The notes beneath the pieces were generated by a model. That model did not search any database. It was not told where the DNA came from and saw only the letters and a list, made by a program, of their open reading frames with translations. From the sequence record MN106245.1: a DNA stretch of 64,000 nt; one strand, 5' to 3'. Below, piece by piece: positions 44,697 through 56,068 of the stretch (its first letter is position 1; every line of letters starts with the position of its first letter). Origin of the DNA: Klebsiella phage EI. The position numbers were made by a program, and so were the translations under genes.

Positions 44697-46432
44697 TTGA
44701 AATGAATGATGAAGTACGCTGGTTCACCGGCGTCGTAGAAGATAGAATGGACCCATTAAAGCAAGGTCGTGTAAGAGTACGCGTTGTAGGCCTTCACCCA
44801 TTCCAAAAAACTCAAGGGCCTATTTCAGGTATTTCTACTGCTGATTTACCATGGATGACTGTAGGGCAGCCTACTAACTCTGCCGGTATCAGCGGTGTGG
44901 GCCACTCAATTACAGGTATTGTTGAAGGTAGTACAGTTTTTGGACAATGGCTCGACAAATATAAAACATCAGGCATTGTTACTCATGTTTTATCGGCGCA
45001 TAGTACAAAGAAGCCTAACTACACAGAAGGGTTCAGTGACCCCACAGGGCAGTTCCCTAGATACTTAGGTTCGGATACGAACCCGCTGACTCAAGGGTCT
45101 GAAATAGGCTATAATAGTAATACTAATGTTATTCAAGATGCTAACCTTGATGTAGGTATTAATCCTGATTCAACAGATATCAATGATGCTAAACCAGATG
45201 ACAATCCTAATTTCACTATTGAAAACATGCTTCGTCGCGATGAAGGCCTTCGTTTAAAAGTATACTGGGATTCTGAAGGGTACCCTACCGTAGGTATTGG
45301 CCACTTGATTGTAATGCAGAAAATACGAGATATGGCTCAGATTAATAAAATTCTGAGCAATCAAGTAGGGCGCCAAGTAACTGGGAACCCAGGCATCATC
45401 GAAATGGAAGAAGCTTCTAAATTATTCCAGAAAGATTTAGCGAATGTCCAGAGAGATGTTAAAAGCCACCCTAGGGTTGGCCCTGTTTATGCTAAAGTAA
45501 ACAGGTCAAGGCAGATGGCTTTAGAGAACATGGCCTTCCAAATGGGTATCTATGGATTAGCAAAATTCAAAGGTATGTTAGATGCAATGCTTGCTGAAGA
45601 CTGGCAAACAGCATTTAAAGAAGCCCGCAACTCTGTTTGGTTTAATCAGACTAAAGGTCGTGCTTCACGTGTATCTATGATTATCTTAACAGGCAATTTA
45701 GAATCATACGGTATTCCTGTTCCGCCGGAACAGGCCAAAGGAAGAATGATTCAATTATTTGCCGCCCCCAGTTCAGATGATTCTGATGACCCAAGTGCTC
45801 CATGGACTCCTACGGATTCAAGGATTCTGTTCAAAGAACCTGAAAGTTCTTATAAAGGCGAATATCCTTACGTTCACACGTATGAATCTGAATCAGGCCA
45901 TATTCAAGAATTTGACGATACCCCAGGTTACGAACGATATAGACTGGTCCACCCAACAGGTTGTTATGAAGAAGTTGCTCCTGACGGGCGCCGTACTCGT
46001 AAAACAGTTGCCGATCTTTATGATATGACCCAAGGTGATGGTAATATCATGATTTCTGGTGATAAGAAAGTTAACGTAGGCGGAAACGAAGTTTATTATA
46101 ATATGTACAATCGGCGTCATCAAATTGATGGTGACAATACCCTCTACATCCGTGGAAACGAAACTAAAACTGTAGAAGGTGACGGGACTATCATCGTCAA
46201 AGGTAACGTAAAAATTGTCGTTGAAGGAAATGCAGATATCCAAGTAAATGGCGATGCTACCACTAAAGTGGATGGGAACCATGAAATGAATATTGGTGGG
46301 AATATGTCTTATGTTGTTGCTGGAACTGTTTCTTGGAATGTAGGTGGGTCATGGACTGAGACAATGGCTTCGATGAGTTCTATTGCTCAAGGTCAATATA
46401 CTATTGATGGTAGCAGAATTGATGTAGGTTAA
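44693..46432 (+). CDS. 5: baseplate hub / tail lysozyme gp5
   Basis: 579 aa; embedded lysozyme domain RRDEGLRLKVYWDSEGYPTVGIGHLI and C-terminal beta-helix VxGxxxxx repeats. Confidence 0.92.
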   Translation: MIEMNDEVRWFTGVVEDRMDPLKQGRVRVRVVGLHPFQKTQGPISGISTADLPWMTVGQPTNSAGISGVGHSITGIVEGSTVFGQWLDKYKTSGIVTHVLSAHSTKKPNYTEGFSDPTGQFPRYLGSDTNPLTQGSEIGYNSNTNVIQDANLDVGINPDSTDINDAKPDDNPNFTIENMLRRDEGLRLKVYWDSEGYPTVGIGHLIVMQKIRDMAQINKILSNQVGRQVTGNPGIIEMEEASKLFQKDLANVQRDVKSHPRVGPVYAKVNRSRQMALENMAFQMGIYGLAKFKGMLDAMLAEDWQTAFKEARNSVWFNQTKGRASRVSMIILTGNLESYGIPVPPEQAKGRMIQLFAAPSSDDSDDPSAPWTPTDSRILFKEPESSYKGEYPYVHTYESESGHIQEFDDTPGYERYRLVHPTGCYEEVAPDGRRTRKTVADLYDMTQGDGNIMISGDKKVNVGGNEVYYNMYNRRHQIDGDNTLYIRGNETKTVEGDGTIIVKGNVKIVVEGNADIQVNGDATTKVDGNHEMNIGGNMSYVVAGTVSWNVGGSWTETMASMSSIAQGQYTIDGSRIDVG

Positions 46433-46434
46433 TT

Positions 46435-46929
46435 ATGGCCCAGATAATTCCAATAAATACAACATTAGAAGAACTTATAGAAGGTGACTTTGTAGACCAA
46501 TATTTCACTGCCTCTTTAGAGGCAGATGAAACTCTTAAGTCAATTACTATTACTAACTACCAACCAGTAACCGGTATCACTGTAGCTCAAAACCATTATA
46601 CAGGTAACTATAACTCAATTTTCACTTTTGGTGCTAATGCGCTTTTATACCGAGAAGGCGACAATCTGAAATCAGCTTCAGCATGGGAGGAGTTGCCTCC
46701 TCCAAAAGAAGCTGATCTATACTTATTCAGAGCCCCTACGGCGCTTTATAAGACATTTACGTATACTGTTGAGTTAATCTATACTGTAACTACTCCGGTA
46801 GTCCCTGGCGAACCAGGAAGTGGCTCTGTTGAAGAGAAAAAGCTAACAAAGGTCTACTCACAAACAGTTAAAGGTAACTGGAGTATTTGGGCTAAAAAGC
46901 TGCGTGATTACGTATACGTGGGGAACTAA
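46435..46929 (+). CDS. 5.1: gp5.1-like protein
   Basis: 164 aa, synteny. Confidence 0.5.
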   Translation: MAQIIPINTTLEELIEGDFVDQYFTASLEADETLKSITITNYQPVTGITVAQNHYTGNYNSIFTFGANALLYREGDNLKSASAWEELPPPKEADLYLFRAPTALYKTFTYTVELIYTVTTPVVPGEPGSGSVEEKKLTKVYSQTVKGNWSIWAKKLRDYVYVGN

Positions 46930-47223
46930 ATGGCAGGCTTAGCACACAATCATTGCATTACGACAGGTCATGATGCTTATCCTCCGACCGATGTAAATGC
47001 TACACAATCTAAAGTATTCACCGGTGGTATAGCTGTCGTTCGCGACGGCGATCCTATTACTCCACACACAAAAACAACGAAGCCTCATGATACACATGGA
47101 GGCGTCGTAGAGGCTAGAACGAGTAAAGTATTCGTTAACGGGAAGAAAGCAGCCCAAATGGCCGATCCAATTTCATGCGGTGACACCATCGCTCAATCTT
47201 CACATAAGGTGTTTATTCACTAA
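46930..47223 (+). CDS. 5.4: PAAR-repeat spike-tip protein gp5.4
   Basis: 97 aa, His/Cys metal site pattern, synteny. Confidence 0.75.
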   Translation: MAGLAHNHCITTGHDAYPPTDVNATQSKVFTGGIAVVRDGDPITPHTKTTKPHDTHGGVVEARTSKVFVNGKKAAQMADPISCGDTIAQSSHKVFIH

Positions 47224-49172
47224 TGGCTACTACAGAACCAGTAAATTACCAGTTGACGCGTACTGCAAACGCTATCCCAGAAGCATTCGTTGGTGCAACC
47301 TTTGATGAAATTAAAAACAATCTTATTGATTGGCTTTCAAGTCAATCAGAATTCCAAGATTACGATTTCTCCGGTTCTCGAATCAACGTACTGCTAGATC
47401 TTTTAGCTTATAACACTCTTTATATTCAACAATTTGCTAACACAGCAATATACGAAAGTTTTATCGGAACTGCTAATCTTCGTAGCTCTGTAGTCCAGGC
47501 AGCCCAAGAAAACGGGTATCTTCCTGCTTCTAAATCTGCGGCTAAAACTTCTATTATGCTAGATGTTACCCACGACTTAAATCCGGTATCGATTAGTATT
47601 CCGCGTGGGACTAAGTTCTTGGCATATGCCCGTGATACATCAGCGGACCCGTATTCTTTTGTCACTACCAAAGATGTGGTTGTAACTCGTGATAGCGATA
47701 AACATTATTGGCCCGTTGTTGAACTCGCTCAAGGTCGAATTATTCGTCAGATAATTCAATATGACCCTAAAGTTCCTATTTTAGTCCGTGACCCTAATAT
47801 TGACAGATCAGAAGTTCGCTTAATGGTTAACGGTTCTGAATGGACCAACTGGACTGATCGGTCTATGGTTCACACCGGAAGTACTTCGCACATTTACTAT
47901 ATGCGTGAAACTGTTGATGGTGATACGGAGTTCTTTTTTGGTGAAGGTGTAGAAACTACTTCTGTAGCCGGCGGTGTTTTGGAAGCTAACTTTATTGGTG
48001 GTCTAAAACCTACTCGTAATGACACAATAACCATAGAATACCTCCGTACCGAAGGCGATGCTGCTAATGGTGCCGTAGATTTTAGTTATGCAGACACACT
48101 TCAGTATGTTACAGTTAATAAAATCATTGAAAACTGGACTAATTCTCCTGATTATGTTGGTGCTGATGGTGGTGGCGACCCTGAAGGAATTGAGCGTATT
48201 CGAGAACTTGCTATCCTGAAACGCGAATCTCAGATGCGCTGTGTTTCTAAGTCGGATTATGAAAGTTTTGTTAGTTCTCGTTTTGGTAATATCGTCCAGG
48301 CTGTCCAATGCTTTACAGATCCAGATAAACCAGGGTACGCATTTATTGCAATTAAACCAAAATCGGGTCTACAACTGACAGCTGTCCAACGTGAAGACAT
48401 TAAAGCTTATTTAGAGCCGTTTACATTAGCTCCTATTACTCCTGCTATTATGTCTCCGGATTATTTGTTCATCAAGCAAAATGTTAAAGTTTCTTATGCT
48501 ATGAACAAGTTACAAGAATCTGAGCAGTGGCTTGAAAATAAAATTTTAGATCAGATAGATACCTATTATCGTGATGAAGTAGAAATCTTCAATAGCTCAT
48601 TTAGTAAGTCTAAAATGTTGACTTATGTAGATGATGCAAATATTAGTATTCTAGGTTCGTCTGCCACGATTCAACTGGTTCGCGAAGTTGTTAATTATTT
48701 TGTTCTGCCTGAAAGTGGTATTAAATACTATAATCAAATTAATAAGCGGACTTTAGAGTCAAGCGACATTTCTTTTGTGGCTAATTCCGAGTTGAGTTAT
48801 CCTGTTAGAATTTATGGAACAGACCCTGACGAATTAGGAAACGGGAATATTGTTATAGGGCCTTTCCGAGACGGTGATATTGTTGAGAACGCACATATTA
48901 AGCCGTACACAGGATCTGATTTTAACAAGCCTATTATAGAAGGTCGTACTAAATTTTATAAAGTCGGCGAAATCTCTTATCCGGGTGATAACATCTATTG
49001 GAACCTTGGGGCTCTTGGTGTAACTTCAGATCGTTTTGAAGACCAAAGCATCGAGCTTTATTCTACACCAAGTCAAGATATTATCTTCTCAAGAGATGGA
49101 ACACTTATCGTATTTGAGAACGATTTACGCCCTCAATACACAACTATCACATTGGAGCCAATTACTCAATGA
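47223..49172 (+). CDS. 6: baseplate wedge protein gp6
   Basis: 649 aa, synteny and size. Confidence 0.85.
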   Translation: MATTEPVNYQLTRTANAIPEAFVGATFDEIKNNLIDWLSSQSEFQDYDFSGSRINVLLDLLAYNTLYIQQFANTAIYESFIGTANLRSSVVQAAQENGYLPASKSAAKTSIMLDVTHDLNPVSISIPRGTKFLAYARDTSADPYSFVTTKDVVVTRDSDKHYWPVVELAQGRIIRQIIQYDPKVPILVRDPNIDRSEVRLMVNGSEWTNWTDRSMVHTGSTSHIYYMRETVDGDTEFFFGEGVETTSVAGGVLEANFIGGLKPTRNDTITIEYLRTEGDAANGAVDFSYADTLQYVTVNKIIENWTNSPDYVGADGGGDPEGIERIRELAILKRESQMRCVSKSDYESFVSSRFGNIVQAVQCFTDPDKPGYAFIAIKPKSGLQLTAVQREDIKAYLEPFTLAPITPAIMSPDYLFIKQNVKVSYAMNKLQESEQWLENKILDQIDTYYRDEVEIFNSSFSKSKMLTYVDDANISILGSSATIQLVREVVNYFVLPESGIKYYNQINKRTLESSDISFVANSELSYPVRIYGTDPDELGNGNIVIGPFRDGDIVENAHIKPYTGSDFNKPIIEGRTKFYKVGEISYPGDNIYWNLGALGVTSDRFEDQSIELYSTPSQDIIFSRDGTLIVFENDLRPQYTTITLEPITQ

Positions 49173-52100
49173 CAATTGCACCTTTCGTCACCAGCTTACG
49201 TATTCACAAGCTATCAGCGAACCAGGTCAATATTCGTTGGGATGACGTTGGTGCAAACTTCTACTATTTTGTAGAAATAGCCGAGATCGAAGATGAAACC
49301 GGTCGAGAAGTCGACCGTTCTTCTTTAAGTTGGCGTGCACTAGGTTATACCACTGAAAACGAATGGTTCGCAAATAACTTGCGTCCTATGACCACGTACA
49401 GAATGCGTGTACAATCGACAGCAGCCGGATTCGAACCTTCGGAATGGGTAGAAACTGAAGACTTTGAAACATTTGAAGTTAACGCCTACACATTTGAACA
49501 GATGAGCCAATTCATGCTTATGAAGCCGTTCATTGAAGAAAAGTTCGTTAAGAACCGTATGAACTATGTTAATTTCAATACGGCTGCATTACAGGCATCG
49601 TTGATGGCTGAAAACTTTCCTATCTCTACTGAATATAAAGATCTTTCCCAAGTTAGACAGTATGTTTTAGGCGAAGATGAATTCCATGAAATTCAAGGGC
49701 CTATAGAAGCGGTCTGTGTAGATAAAGACAGAACCATGCTTGCTGAAATAGATGGCAACCTCTATCTGTTTGAACGTTTCCAGCACATGGTCAAAGTATC
49801 GAACGATAAAGGCCAGAACTGGCATTACATACGCCTCTTTAGTGATCGCGTAGGCAATCCTGTTTCAAGGACATGTGTTTATCAATCCAACACTACTACA
49901 TACGTCCTGGGCTATAATAAAGTGTTCTATGGGCGTAAATCTAGCGATGTTCGTTGGTCGTCAGATGAAGTTCGTTTTAGCGATAACGAAGTAACATTTA
50001 CTAAGTTAGGTGACCAGCTTAATTTAGGGTTCGAAGTAGAAATCTTTGGTGTATATGCTTCATGGCCTGGTATTCTTAATACTAGAGTAGAAGCTATGAC
50101 CGTTAACAATACACACTTATATGGTGTAGCCAGAGACACAGTTCGCAGAATTAAATTAAAACAAGCTCCAGTTGATACCGTTATTGGGTCCCCTACATTC
50201 GGTGAAAAGTTATTTGAGCCCGAAATAATCAGAATAACCGGCGATGACCTAGCTGTTTGTTATAAAATGGATTCTATCGGTGGCAAAATCTTTGCTCTTA
50301 TTACAGGCCGTTTAAAATCAGCAGGGCTTGATGCATCTGACCCTAAAAATGTTGAATGCGTATCTAAAGAAGCTGAAGCAATTAAAGGCGTTTACGTATT
50401 TGACGAAGATACTTTAAGCTTTAGAAGAGTTTTTGGTACTACAGCAGAAGAACGCAGGAGAATTGAGCACGGATGGTCTAGTATGTCCACTGATGGCCAA
50501 GAATTGTTCTTTAGCTCAGGCGACTTTCGGTATAACGAATATGTTCCTGATAATGAACTTCCTTTAGAAAATCCTGCTACGGTTACAGAAGCTATTTCAT
50601 ATTATGCTCCTTATCAGTATCATCATGATAAACATTGGCATATGATGAGCTTCCGATCTAACGAAAATAGCGGTTGGGAAGAGTTTAAACCTGGCCGTAT
50701 GAAATTTTATGCCGAGCCTTGGTTTAACTGGATGGCCCGTTCTGGAAATAGAAACTTGGTTACTACTACGGACCATGCTTTAGTAGTTTATAACAACACT
50801 ACTTATACCAAGTATGTTGATACTCTGTCTTTAACAGATCCTAACCGTATTTTGCATGAAATTTGGAACAAAGGCGATGGTGTATTCTATTGTCCTAACG
50901 TAGAGTTCGATAGCTTCTTAAAATATGCCTCTGGTATCATGTTTCATGAGCCTGATGGTACTTTAGTAGGGTTCTATGAATTTGAATACAGAGTCAGAGA
51001 TTATGTTAAGATTACTTGGAAACCTAAAAATGTGATGTTCAAAGCATTTTTACAAAACCAAGAACACGAAGTTCCTTGGACGCCAACAGAAGATACAGGT
51101 CTCCAAGACCCGGATTTAGTTCCTTTAGTTCGTAAAATGATGCCGGACAGTTATTTGCTTCAAGATACTAACTTTGAAGCTTTCAGTAATTATTATTTAC
51201 AATTCATTTCTAAAGGATATGGAACCCATTATAATAAGCTTCTGAATCTGGTTCGTGATAAGTACCCTAGAGAAGAACATGCCTGGGAATACTTATGGTC
51301 TGAAGTTTATAAGCGTAATATCTACCTGTCAAAGGAGCGGAGAGATGCTGTAGTACGTTTCTTCGAAGCCCGTAAAAATGACTTCTACGCCACAAAAGGT
51401 ATTGAAGAAAGCTACAAGTTCCTGTTCAAGCTTTTATATAATGAGGATGTTGAAATTGACATCGAATCTAAAAACAGCACCGAATATGATATAGTTGTTG
51501 ACTCTGATAATATCAATGACGATATTGTGGGTCGTACGATTTACACAGCTTCAGGTCGTTGTAATGTGACATATATTGAGCGTGAATACGTTGACGGTAA
51601 GCTTCTATGGCGTATGACTATTCATAATATGATAGGTCGATTTGTCGCTGGTCAAGAAGTTAAATCTGAAAAGAGCTCTTTTGAAGGTATGATTGTTGTG
51701 GGTGTTCGTGGTAAAGAACTTATTTCTAATACCATAGAATATATTAACCGTTCTCGTTCTTATTATGTGATGAAAATTCGTTCTTCTCTTCCTACTTCTA
51801 GATACAGAGATGACGTACTGAGATTTGTTCATCCAGTAGGTTTCGGCTTCGTTGGCATTACTTTGATCACGATGTTTATTAATGCTGGTCTTAGTATGAA
51901 ACACGTTGAAACCACCATAAATAAGCTCAAGAACTATAAGTGGGACTCAGGCATTCCTTCGTATTATCCTGACAGAAATGCCGCAATTTCTCCTAGTGGA
52001 ACTATAGAACGAGACGCATGGGGTGACCCTATTTACTACGATAATGTAAACAAAGGTGTTCCTTACCCGTGTACTCAAGAATATATCACAGAGAATAATA

Positions 52101-52273
52101 GCCAATTCCAAGGTCAAGGTCCTTGTGAAAGACGTAAGCGGCACAGTCCTTTATTTGACCAGTCTGCAGTAACATTCTCTTGTTATAGAGAGCTGGTAGA
52201 TGAACGGCTTAAAGATAACGTAGGAAATCCTCGTGATCCTGAGAATCCAACCCAGGTCAATATAGGTGAATAA
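49169..52273 (+). CDS. 7: baseplate wedge protein gp7
   Basis: 1034 aa (T4 1032). Confidence 0.85.
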   Translation: MTIAPFVTSLRIHKLSANQVNIRWDDVGANFYYFVEIAEIEDETGREVDRSSLSWRALGYTTENEWFANNLRPMTTYRMRVQSTAAGFEPSEWVETEDFETFEVNAYTFEQMSQFMLMKPFIEEKFVKNRMNYVNFNTAALQASLMAENFPISTEYKDLSQVRQYVLGEDEFHEIQGPIEAVCVDKDRTMLAEIDGNLYLFERFQHMVKVSNDKGQNWHYIRLFSDRVGNPVSRTCVYQSNTTTYVLGYNKVFYGRKSSDVRWSSDEVRFSDNEVTFTKLGDQLNLGFEVEIFGVYASWPGILNTRVEAMTVNNTHLYGVARDTVRRIKLKQAPVDTVIGSPTFGEKLFEPEIIRITGDDLAVCYKMDSIGGKIFALITGRLKSAGLDASDPKNVECVSKEAEAIKGVYVFDEDTLSFRRVFGTTAEERRRIEHGWSSMSTDGQELFFSSGDFRYNEYVPDNELPLENPATVTEAISYYAPYQYHHDKHWHMMSFRSNENSGWEEFKPGRMKFYAEPWFNWMARSGNRNLVTTTDHALVVYNNTTYTKYVDTLSLTDPNRILHEIWNKGDGVFYCPNVEFDSFLKYASGIMFHEPDGTLVGFYEFEYRVRDYVKITWKPKNVMFKAFLQNQEHEVPWTPTEDTGLQDPDLVPLVRKMMPDSYLLQDTNFEAFSNYYLQFISKGYGTHYNKLLNLVRDKYPREEHAWEYLWSEVYKRNIYLSKERRDAVVRFFEARKNDFYATKGIEESYKFLFKLLYNEDVEIDIESKNSTEYDIVVDSDNINDDIVGRTIYTASGRCNVTYIEREYVDGKLLWRMTIHNMIGRFVAGQEVKSEKSSFEGMIVVGVRGKELISNTIEYINRSRSYYVMKIRSSLPTSRYRDDVLRFVHPVGFGFVGITLITMFINAGLSMKHVETTINKLKNYKWDSGIPSYYPDRNAAISPSGTIERDAWGDPIYYDNVNKGVPYPCTQEYITENNSQFQGQGPCERRKRHSPLFDQSAVTFSCYRELVDERLKDNVGNPRDPENPTQVNIGE

Positions 52274-53305
52274 ATGTCTACATCTGCGTTAGCATCAGTG
52301 AACAGCGCGATTTATCGCGCTGTTATTACTTCTAAATTTCGTACTGAAAAAATGTACACGTTCTATAAATCCGTAGGAGATGGACCAGAACAAAATACAT
52401 TGTATATAAGCTTCGGCAAATCTACTCCATGGTCTGCTAATGAAAACGAGCCAGGATTTGCCCCGCCATATCCTTCAGATAGTACTGACGGGGTTGTTGA
52501 TGTCTGGACTAATATGATGGGCGCTGTTAAAGTTGACCCAAGCATGCTAGACTGCGTTATTCCAAGGCGTGATTGGGGTGATTCGCGTTATGATAACTCA
52601 ACATTTTTAATTGGTGATATTGTAGTTACTAATAACGCCCCGTATAATAAAACTGAAGTTGGGGCTGGCTGGCTAATTTATAAATGCGTTGATGTTCCAA
52701 AAGAAGGTATGTGTTCTATAGGCCAGTTGTCTAATAAAGATGAATGCCTTGCGCTAGGTGGTAAGTGGTCTCCTTCAAGAACTTCTACTATTGTTCCTAG
52801 CGGCCGAGCAGATACTAGTGGTGGTACTAATGGTATTATAGATACCGGCGACGGATATTACTGGGAATACCTTTATGAGATTCCGCCTGATGTTTCTATT
52901 AACCGTTGTACCAATGAGTACATCGTTGTTCCCTGGCCTGAAGAAGTAGCAGCAGACCCGCAAAGATGGGGTTACCATAATAATATCAGTTGGCAACAAT
53001 ATGATTATGACATCATTTATCGCCTTAAAGCCAACTGTGTGCGGTTTAAAGCTTTCTTGGACTCAGTCTATTTCCCAGAGTTTAGTTTGCCCGGTAATAC
53101 TGGGTTCAGACAACTTTCTGTGATTAGTAATCCGTTAGAAGCTAAAAAGAATCCTAATGACCCTAATGTTAAGGCTACTAAAGGATCTTATCCGGCGGTA
53201 AGTTTGTTTAGACAGTCCGGTGAAATCATTTATATGGAAAATAGACAACCGATCATTAGATCAATGGACCAAACTGAAGAAGTTAGTATTATCTTTGAAT
53301 TTTAA
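52274..53305 (+). CDS. 8: baseplate wedge protein gp8
   Basis: 343 aa. Confidence 0.8.
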   Translation: MSTSALASVNSAIYRAVITSKFRTEKMYTFYKSVGDGPEQNTLYISFGKSTPWSANENEPGFAPPYPSDSTDGVVDVWTNMMGAVKVDPSMLDCVIPRRDWGDSRYDNSTFLIGDIVVTNNAPYNKTEVGAGWLIYKCVDVPKEGMCSIGQLSNKDECLALGGKWSPSRTSTIVPSGRADTSGGTNGIIDTGDGYYWEYLYEIPPDVSINRCTNEYIVVPWPEEVAADPQRWGYHNNISWQQYDYDIIYRLKANCVRFKAFLDSVYFPEFSLPGNTGFRQLSVISNPLEAKKNPNDPNVKATKGSYPAVSLFRQSGEIIYMENRQPIIRSMDQTEEVSIIFEF

Positions 53306-53308
53306 CCA

Positions 53309-53333
53309 GGGAGCCTCACGGCTCCCATTTTTG
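53309..53333 (+). terminator. rho-independent terminator after gene 8
   Basis: GGGAGCC-TCAC-GGCTCCC then ATTTTTG. Confidence 0.7.
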
Positions 53334-53335
53334 TT

Positions 53336-53343
53336 TATAAATA
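53336..53343 (+). promoter_or_regulatory. late promoter TATAAATA for gene 9
   Basis: exact consensus 27 nt upstream of gp9 ATG. Confidence 0.7.
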
Positions 53344-53369
53344 TCTCTATAAACATATTGAGGTACACT

Positions 53370-54254
53370 ATGGCATTCACACAAATTCCAAAAGAAGTCG
53401 TAAACGTAGGTGAGATTGGTAACGCCTCAACAGGCGATATCTTATACGATGGCGGCGTTAAAATAAACAACAACTTCTCAGATATTTTTAATGCTTTCGG
53501 CGACCAACGGCTTTTTGCGGCTGCTGATGGCGAGAACACCCAGATAATCCATGCGACCGGATATTACCAAAAACTGTCATTTGTCGATTATAGCAGTAGT
53601 GAAATAGCTTTAGGAACTTGCCACGACATTTCTACCAACGGTCAAAAGCTCAATGTTACTATAGCTAAAGGCAAAGTTGGTGAAGCTATTTACTTTGTAA
53701 ATGCTGACGGTTCTATTTCGGCAGAAACCAGTCTTACAATAACAACTAGTGCTAATGACGGATTCGCTTCAGGCGGTAATAAAATTGAAATAGTTTCTCC
53801 GTATACTAGGGTTGAAGTCTGGTGTATTTCTAAAGATACCTCAGGTAATTGTATTTGGGATTACTCTATTACAAGTATGTTTGGCCAGCAGCACGTTCCT
53901 TTAGAAAGAACGTTTACAATTAACCAAACAGGAACTGACATTGTTATCGCTGGGGTTAAAGAATTTAACTCTATTAAGCTTTTGATGAGTTATGTAGCAA
54001 CACCACCTGGTAAAAATATCAGACAGTCTTCTGAAACCCTTTTATTGATTGATTCTAGTATGAATAAAGTCTACTCTACTGAATATGCTGTTATCAGAAT
54101 GGGTGGGGAAAAAGGTGAAGATGAATTCTTTTACAACGCTACTTATTCAGTAAATTCTGCGGGTAAAGTAGTTCTTAATGTGAAATCAAATTACTCTAAC
54201 GCTAGACTGGCAATTAAATCTATCGGTACTCAGACCGTCGGTACAGGAATCTAA
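53370..54254 (+). CDS. 9: baseplate wedge / long-tail-fibre socket gp9
   Basis: 294 aa from MAFTQIPKEV; track ORF 53220 start is upstream of the late promoter. Confidence 0.8.
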   Translation: MAFTQIPKEVVNVGEIGNASTGDILYDGGVKINNNFSDIFNAFGDQRLFAAADGENTQIIHATGYYQKLSFVDYSSSEIALGTCHDISTNGQKLNVTIAKGKVGEAIYFVNADGSISAETSLTITTSANDGFASGGNKIEIVSPYTRVEVWCISKDTSGNCIWDYSITSMFGQQHVPLERTFTINQTGTDIVIAGVKEFNSIKLLMSYVATPPGKNIRQSSETLLLIDSSMNKVYSTEYAVIRMGGEKGEDEFFYNATYSVNSAGKVVLNVKSNYSNARLAIKSIGTQTVGTGI

Positions 54255-54256
54255 TA

Positions 54257-56068
54257 ATGAAACAAAATTTAAATATTGGCCAAGTAGTCGACGACGGCAG
54301 CGGAGATTATCTCCGCCTTGGTGGCCAAAAGATTAATAACAACTTTGACGAACTGTACTATCAATTAGGCGATGGTACTTATCCTCACGCCGCTGGTGCT
54401 TGGAAAACCCACTCAGCAGCTAATTCTATTCGACTTGACCCTAAAATGGGTGATAGTTTCGCGATTAATACCCAGGCGGCTCGTGTAACAGTTTATCTTC
54501 CTAAAGGTAAACCTTCGGACTACAACAGTGTTATTCGTCTACGTGATGTATGGTCTACCTGGCGGTTGTCCCCTGTGACTGTGGTTCCTGCCTCAGGCGA
54601 TACTATTAAAGGTTCTGCATCTCCTAAGACCTTTAATACTAACTATCAAGATCTTGAGCTAGTTTATTGCTCTCCAGGTAGATGGGAATACATCAACGGC
54701 AAAACCATTGAAAAATTCACTAACGGCGATTTAGCTACAGTTTCTAAGAAATCAATTATTGCCACTGAAGGCCAAACTGACTTCTTAGACATTTTTGATG
54801 GCGAAGAATATAATCCAGAATCTCTGAACGTCTATCGCCGTGGTAATATGTTGTTTTACGGTGAGAATGGATTTGACCCGGTTAATGCTGATTACGGTTC
54901 TCCTGGCCCAAACAATACTATTGTGGCTTTGAATAAAAAAGATGTTCGGTTAGTTAAGCCTTGTTCTGCAGGCGATGTAATTATTTTCGAAACCTTTTTA
55001 GATGGTATTGGTGTATGGCGTAGCTCATATAACAAAGTTACTGTTATGGTTCGCAGTAACAAACTTACCTCCGAGAAAACAGTCCAAGGCTCTAAAATTG
55101 TAGCCGACCTGAGTACCCTGCGTGAACTTAGCACCGCAGATTTAGGTGTTCTTCCTGGTATAGACATGAACCCAAATTCTATCGAGGTAGAAATAAACGG
55201 TAAAAGCCAGGTTGAAGCTGGGACAGGCGGTCTTCCGGAGTTTATTTGTGAAGGCGCCCCTGGTGAATCTTTACAAGATTGTATAGCTAACGGCGGGACT
55301 TGGGTCCAATCGGACTCCGATTATCGTTTGATATTTGATAGTGACGGGATTAAAGTTTCTGGTATCAGATTCGGTCAACCGTTTGAAGACCAGGATATCA
55401 TTACTGTCCGTTGGTACAATAACAACATCGGGACTACGATGTCCATGGATGATATTGTTTCTGAGACAGATCTGATTTATATGAATGCCGAAGAAACAGT
55501 AGACCTTAAAAACAGAATCGAATACACTGATTATCAGAACCCGAGCCAAAAAACTAAAGTTGACGTGCCTAATGAGTACGATGTTCGGTTATCTAACATC
55601 TCAGCATTTTTTGATTCGATTTATCCTATAGGAACAATTTATGAAAATGCTCATAACCATGCTAATCCTCGAGATTACATGGGTATGGGTGTGTGGAAGA
55701 TGTACGGTGAAGGCTATGCATCTGTAGGGTGGGCTTCTGATATAAGTAATCCTTACTTTGCATTAAATAATAATGACCTAGACAGTTCAGGTAGGCCGTC
55801 TCATAGCGCTGGAGGCACGGTCGGCGAAGTTGAATTCCAGATTTCAGCAAATAACATCCCCGAACTTAAATCTGATGATACGGTTCTTATTGCTGATGAT
55901 AATGGTACCGTAGTTATCGGCGGGTGCCAATTAGACCCAGATGCAGCTGGTCCTGGGTATTCCAAATATAGAGAAGGTTCTATCACCGTAAACAAAGGCG
56001 CCGGTGGCTTACCTATTTCTAACGTTCAACCTTCTATAACTGTCTATCGCTGGATAAGGGTGGCATAA
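54257..56068 (+). CDS. 10: baseplate wedge protein gp10
   Basis: 603 aa. Confidence 0.85.
   Translation: MKQNLNIGQVVDDGSGDYLRLGGQKINNNFDELYYQLGDGTYPHAAGAWKTHSAANSIRLDPKMGDSFAINTQAARVTVYLPKGKPSDYNSVIRLRDVWSTWRLSPVTVVPASGDTIKGSASPKTFNTNYQDLELVYCSPGRWEYINGKTIEKFTNGDLATVSKKSIIATEGQTDFLDIFDGEEYNPESLNVYRRGNMLFYGENGFDPVNADYGSPGPNNTIVALNKKDVRLVKPCSAGDVIIFETFLDGIGVWRSSYNKVTVMVRSNKLTSEKTVQGSKIVADLSTLRELSTADLGVLPGIDMNPNSIEVEINGKSQVEAGTGGLPEFICEGAPGESLQDCIANGGTWVQSDSDYRLIFDSDGIKVSGIRFGQPFEDQDIITVRWYNNNIGTTMSMDDIVSETDLIYMNAEETVDLKNRIEYTDYQNPSQKTKVDVPNEYDVRLSNISAFFDSIYPIGTIYENAHNHANPRDYMGMGVWKMYGEGYASVGWASDISNPYFALNNNDLDSSGRPSHSAGGTVGEVEFQISANNIPELKSDDTVLIADDNGTVVIGGCQLDPDAAGPGYSKYREGSITVNKGAGGLPISNVQPSITVYRWIRVA

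Noticed and set aside
45759-46282. ORFs 45759-46028 (+) and 45893-46282 (-) within gene 5
   Set aside because: They are embedded in the gp5 beta-helix repeat region. The repetitive sequence gives open alternative frames.
53220-53369. 5' extension of the gp9 ORF
   Set aside because: The extension reads through the gene-8 terminator hairpin and the TATAAATA late promoter. The MAFTQIP Met at 53370 is the real start.
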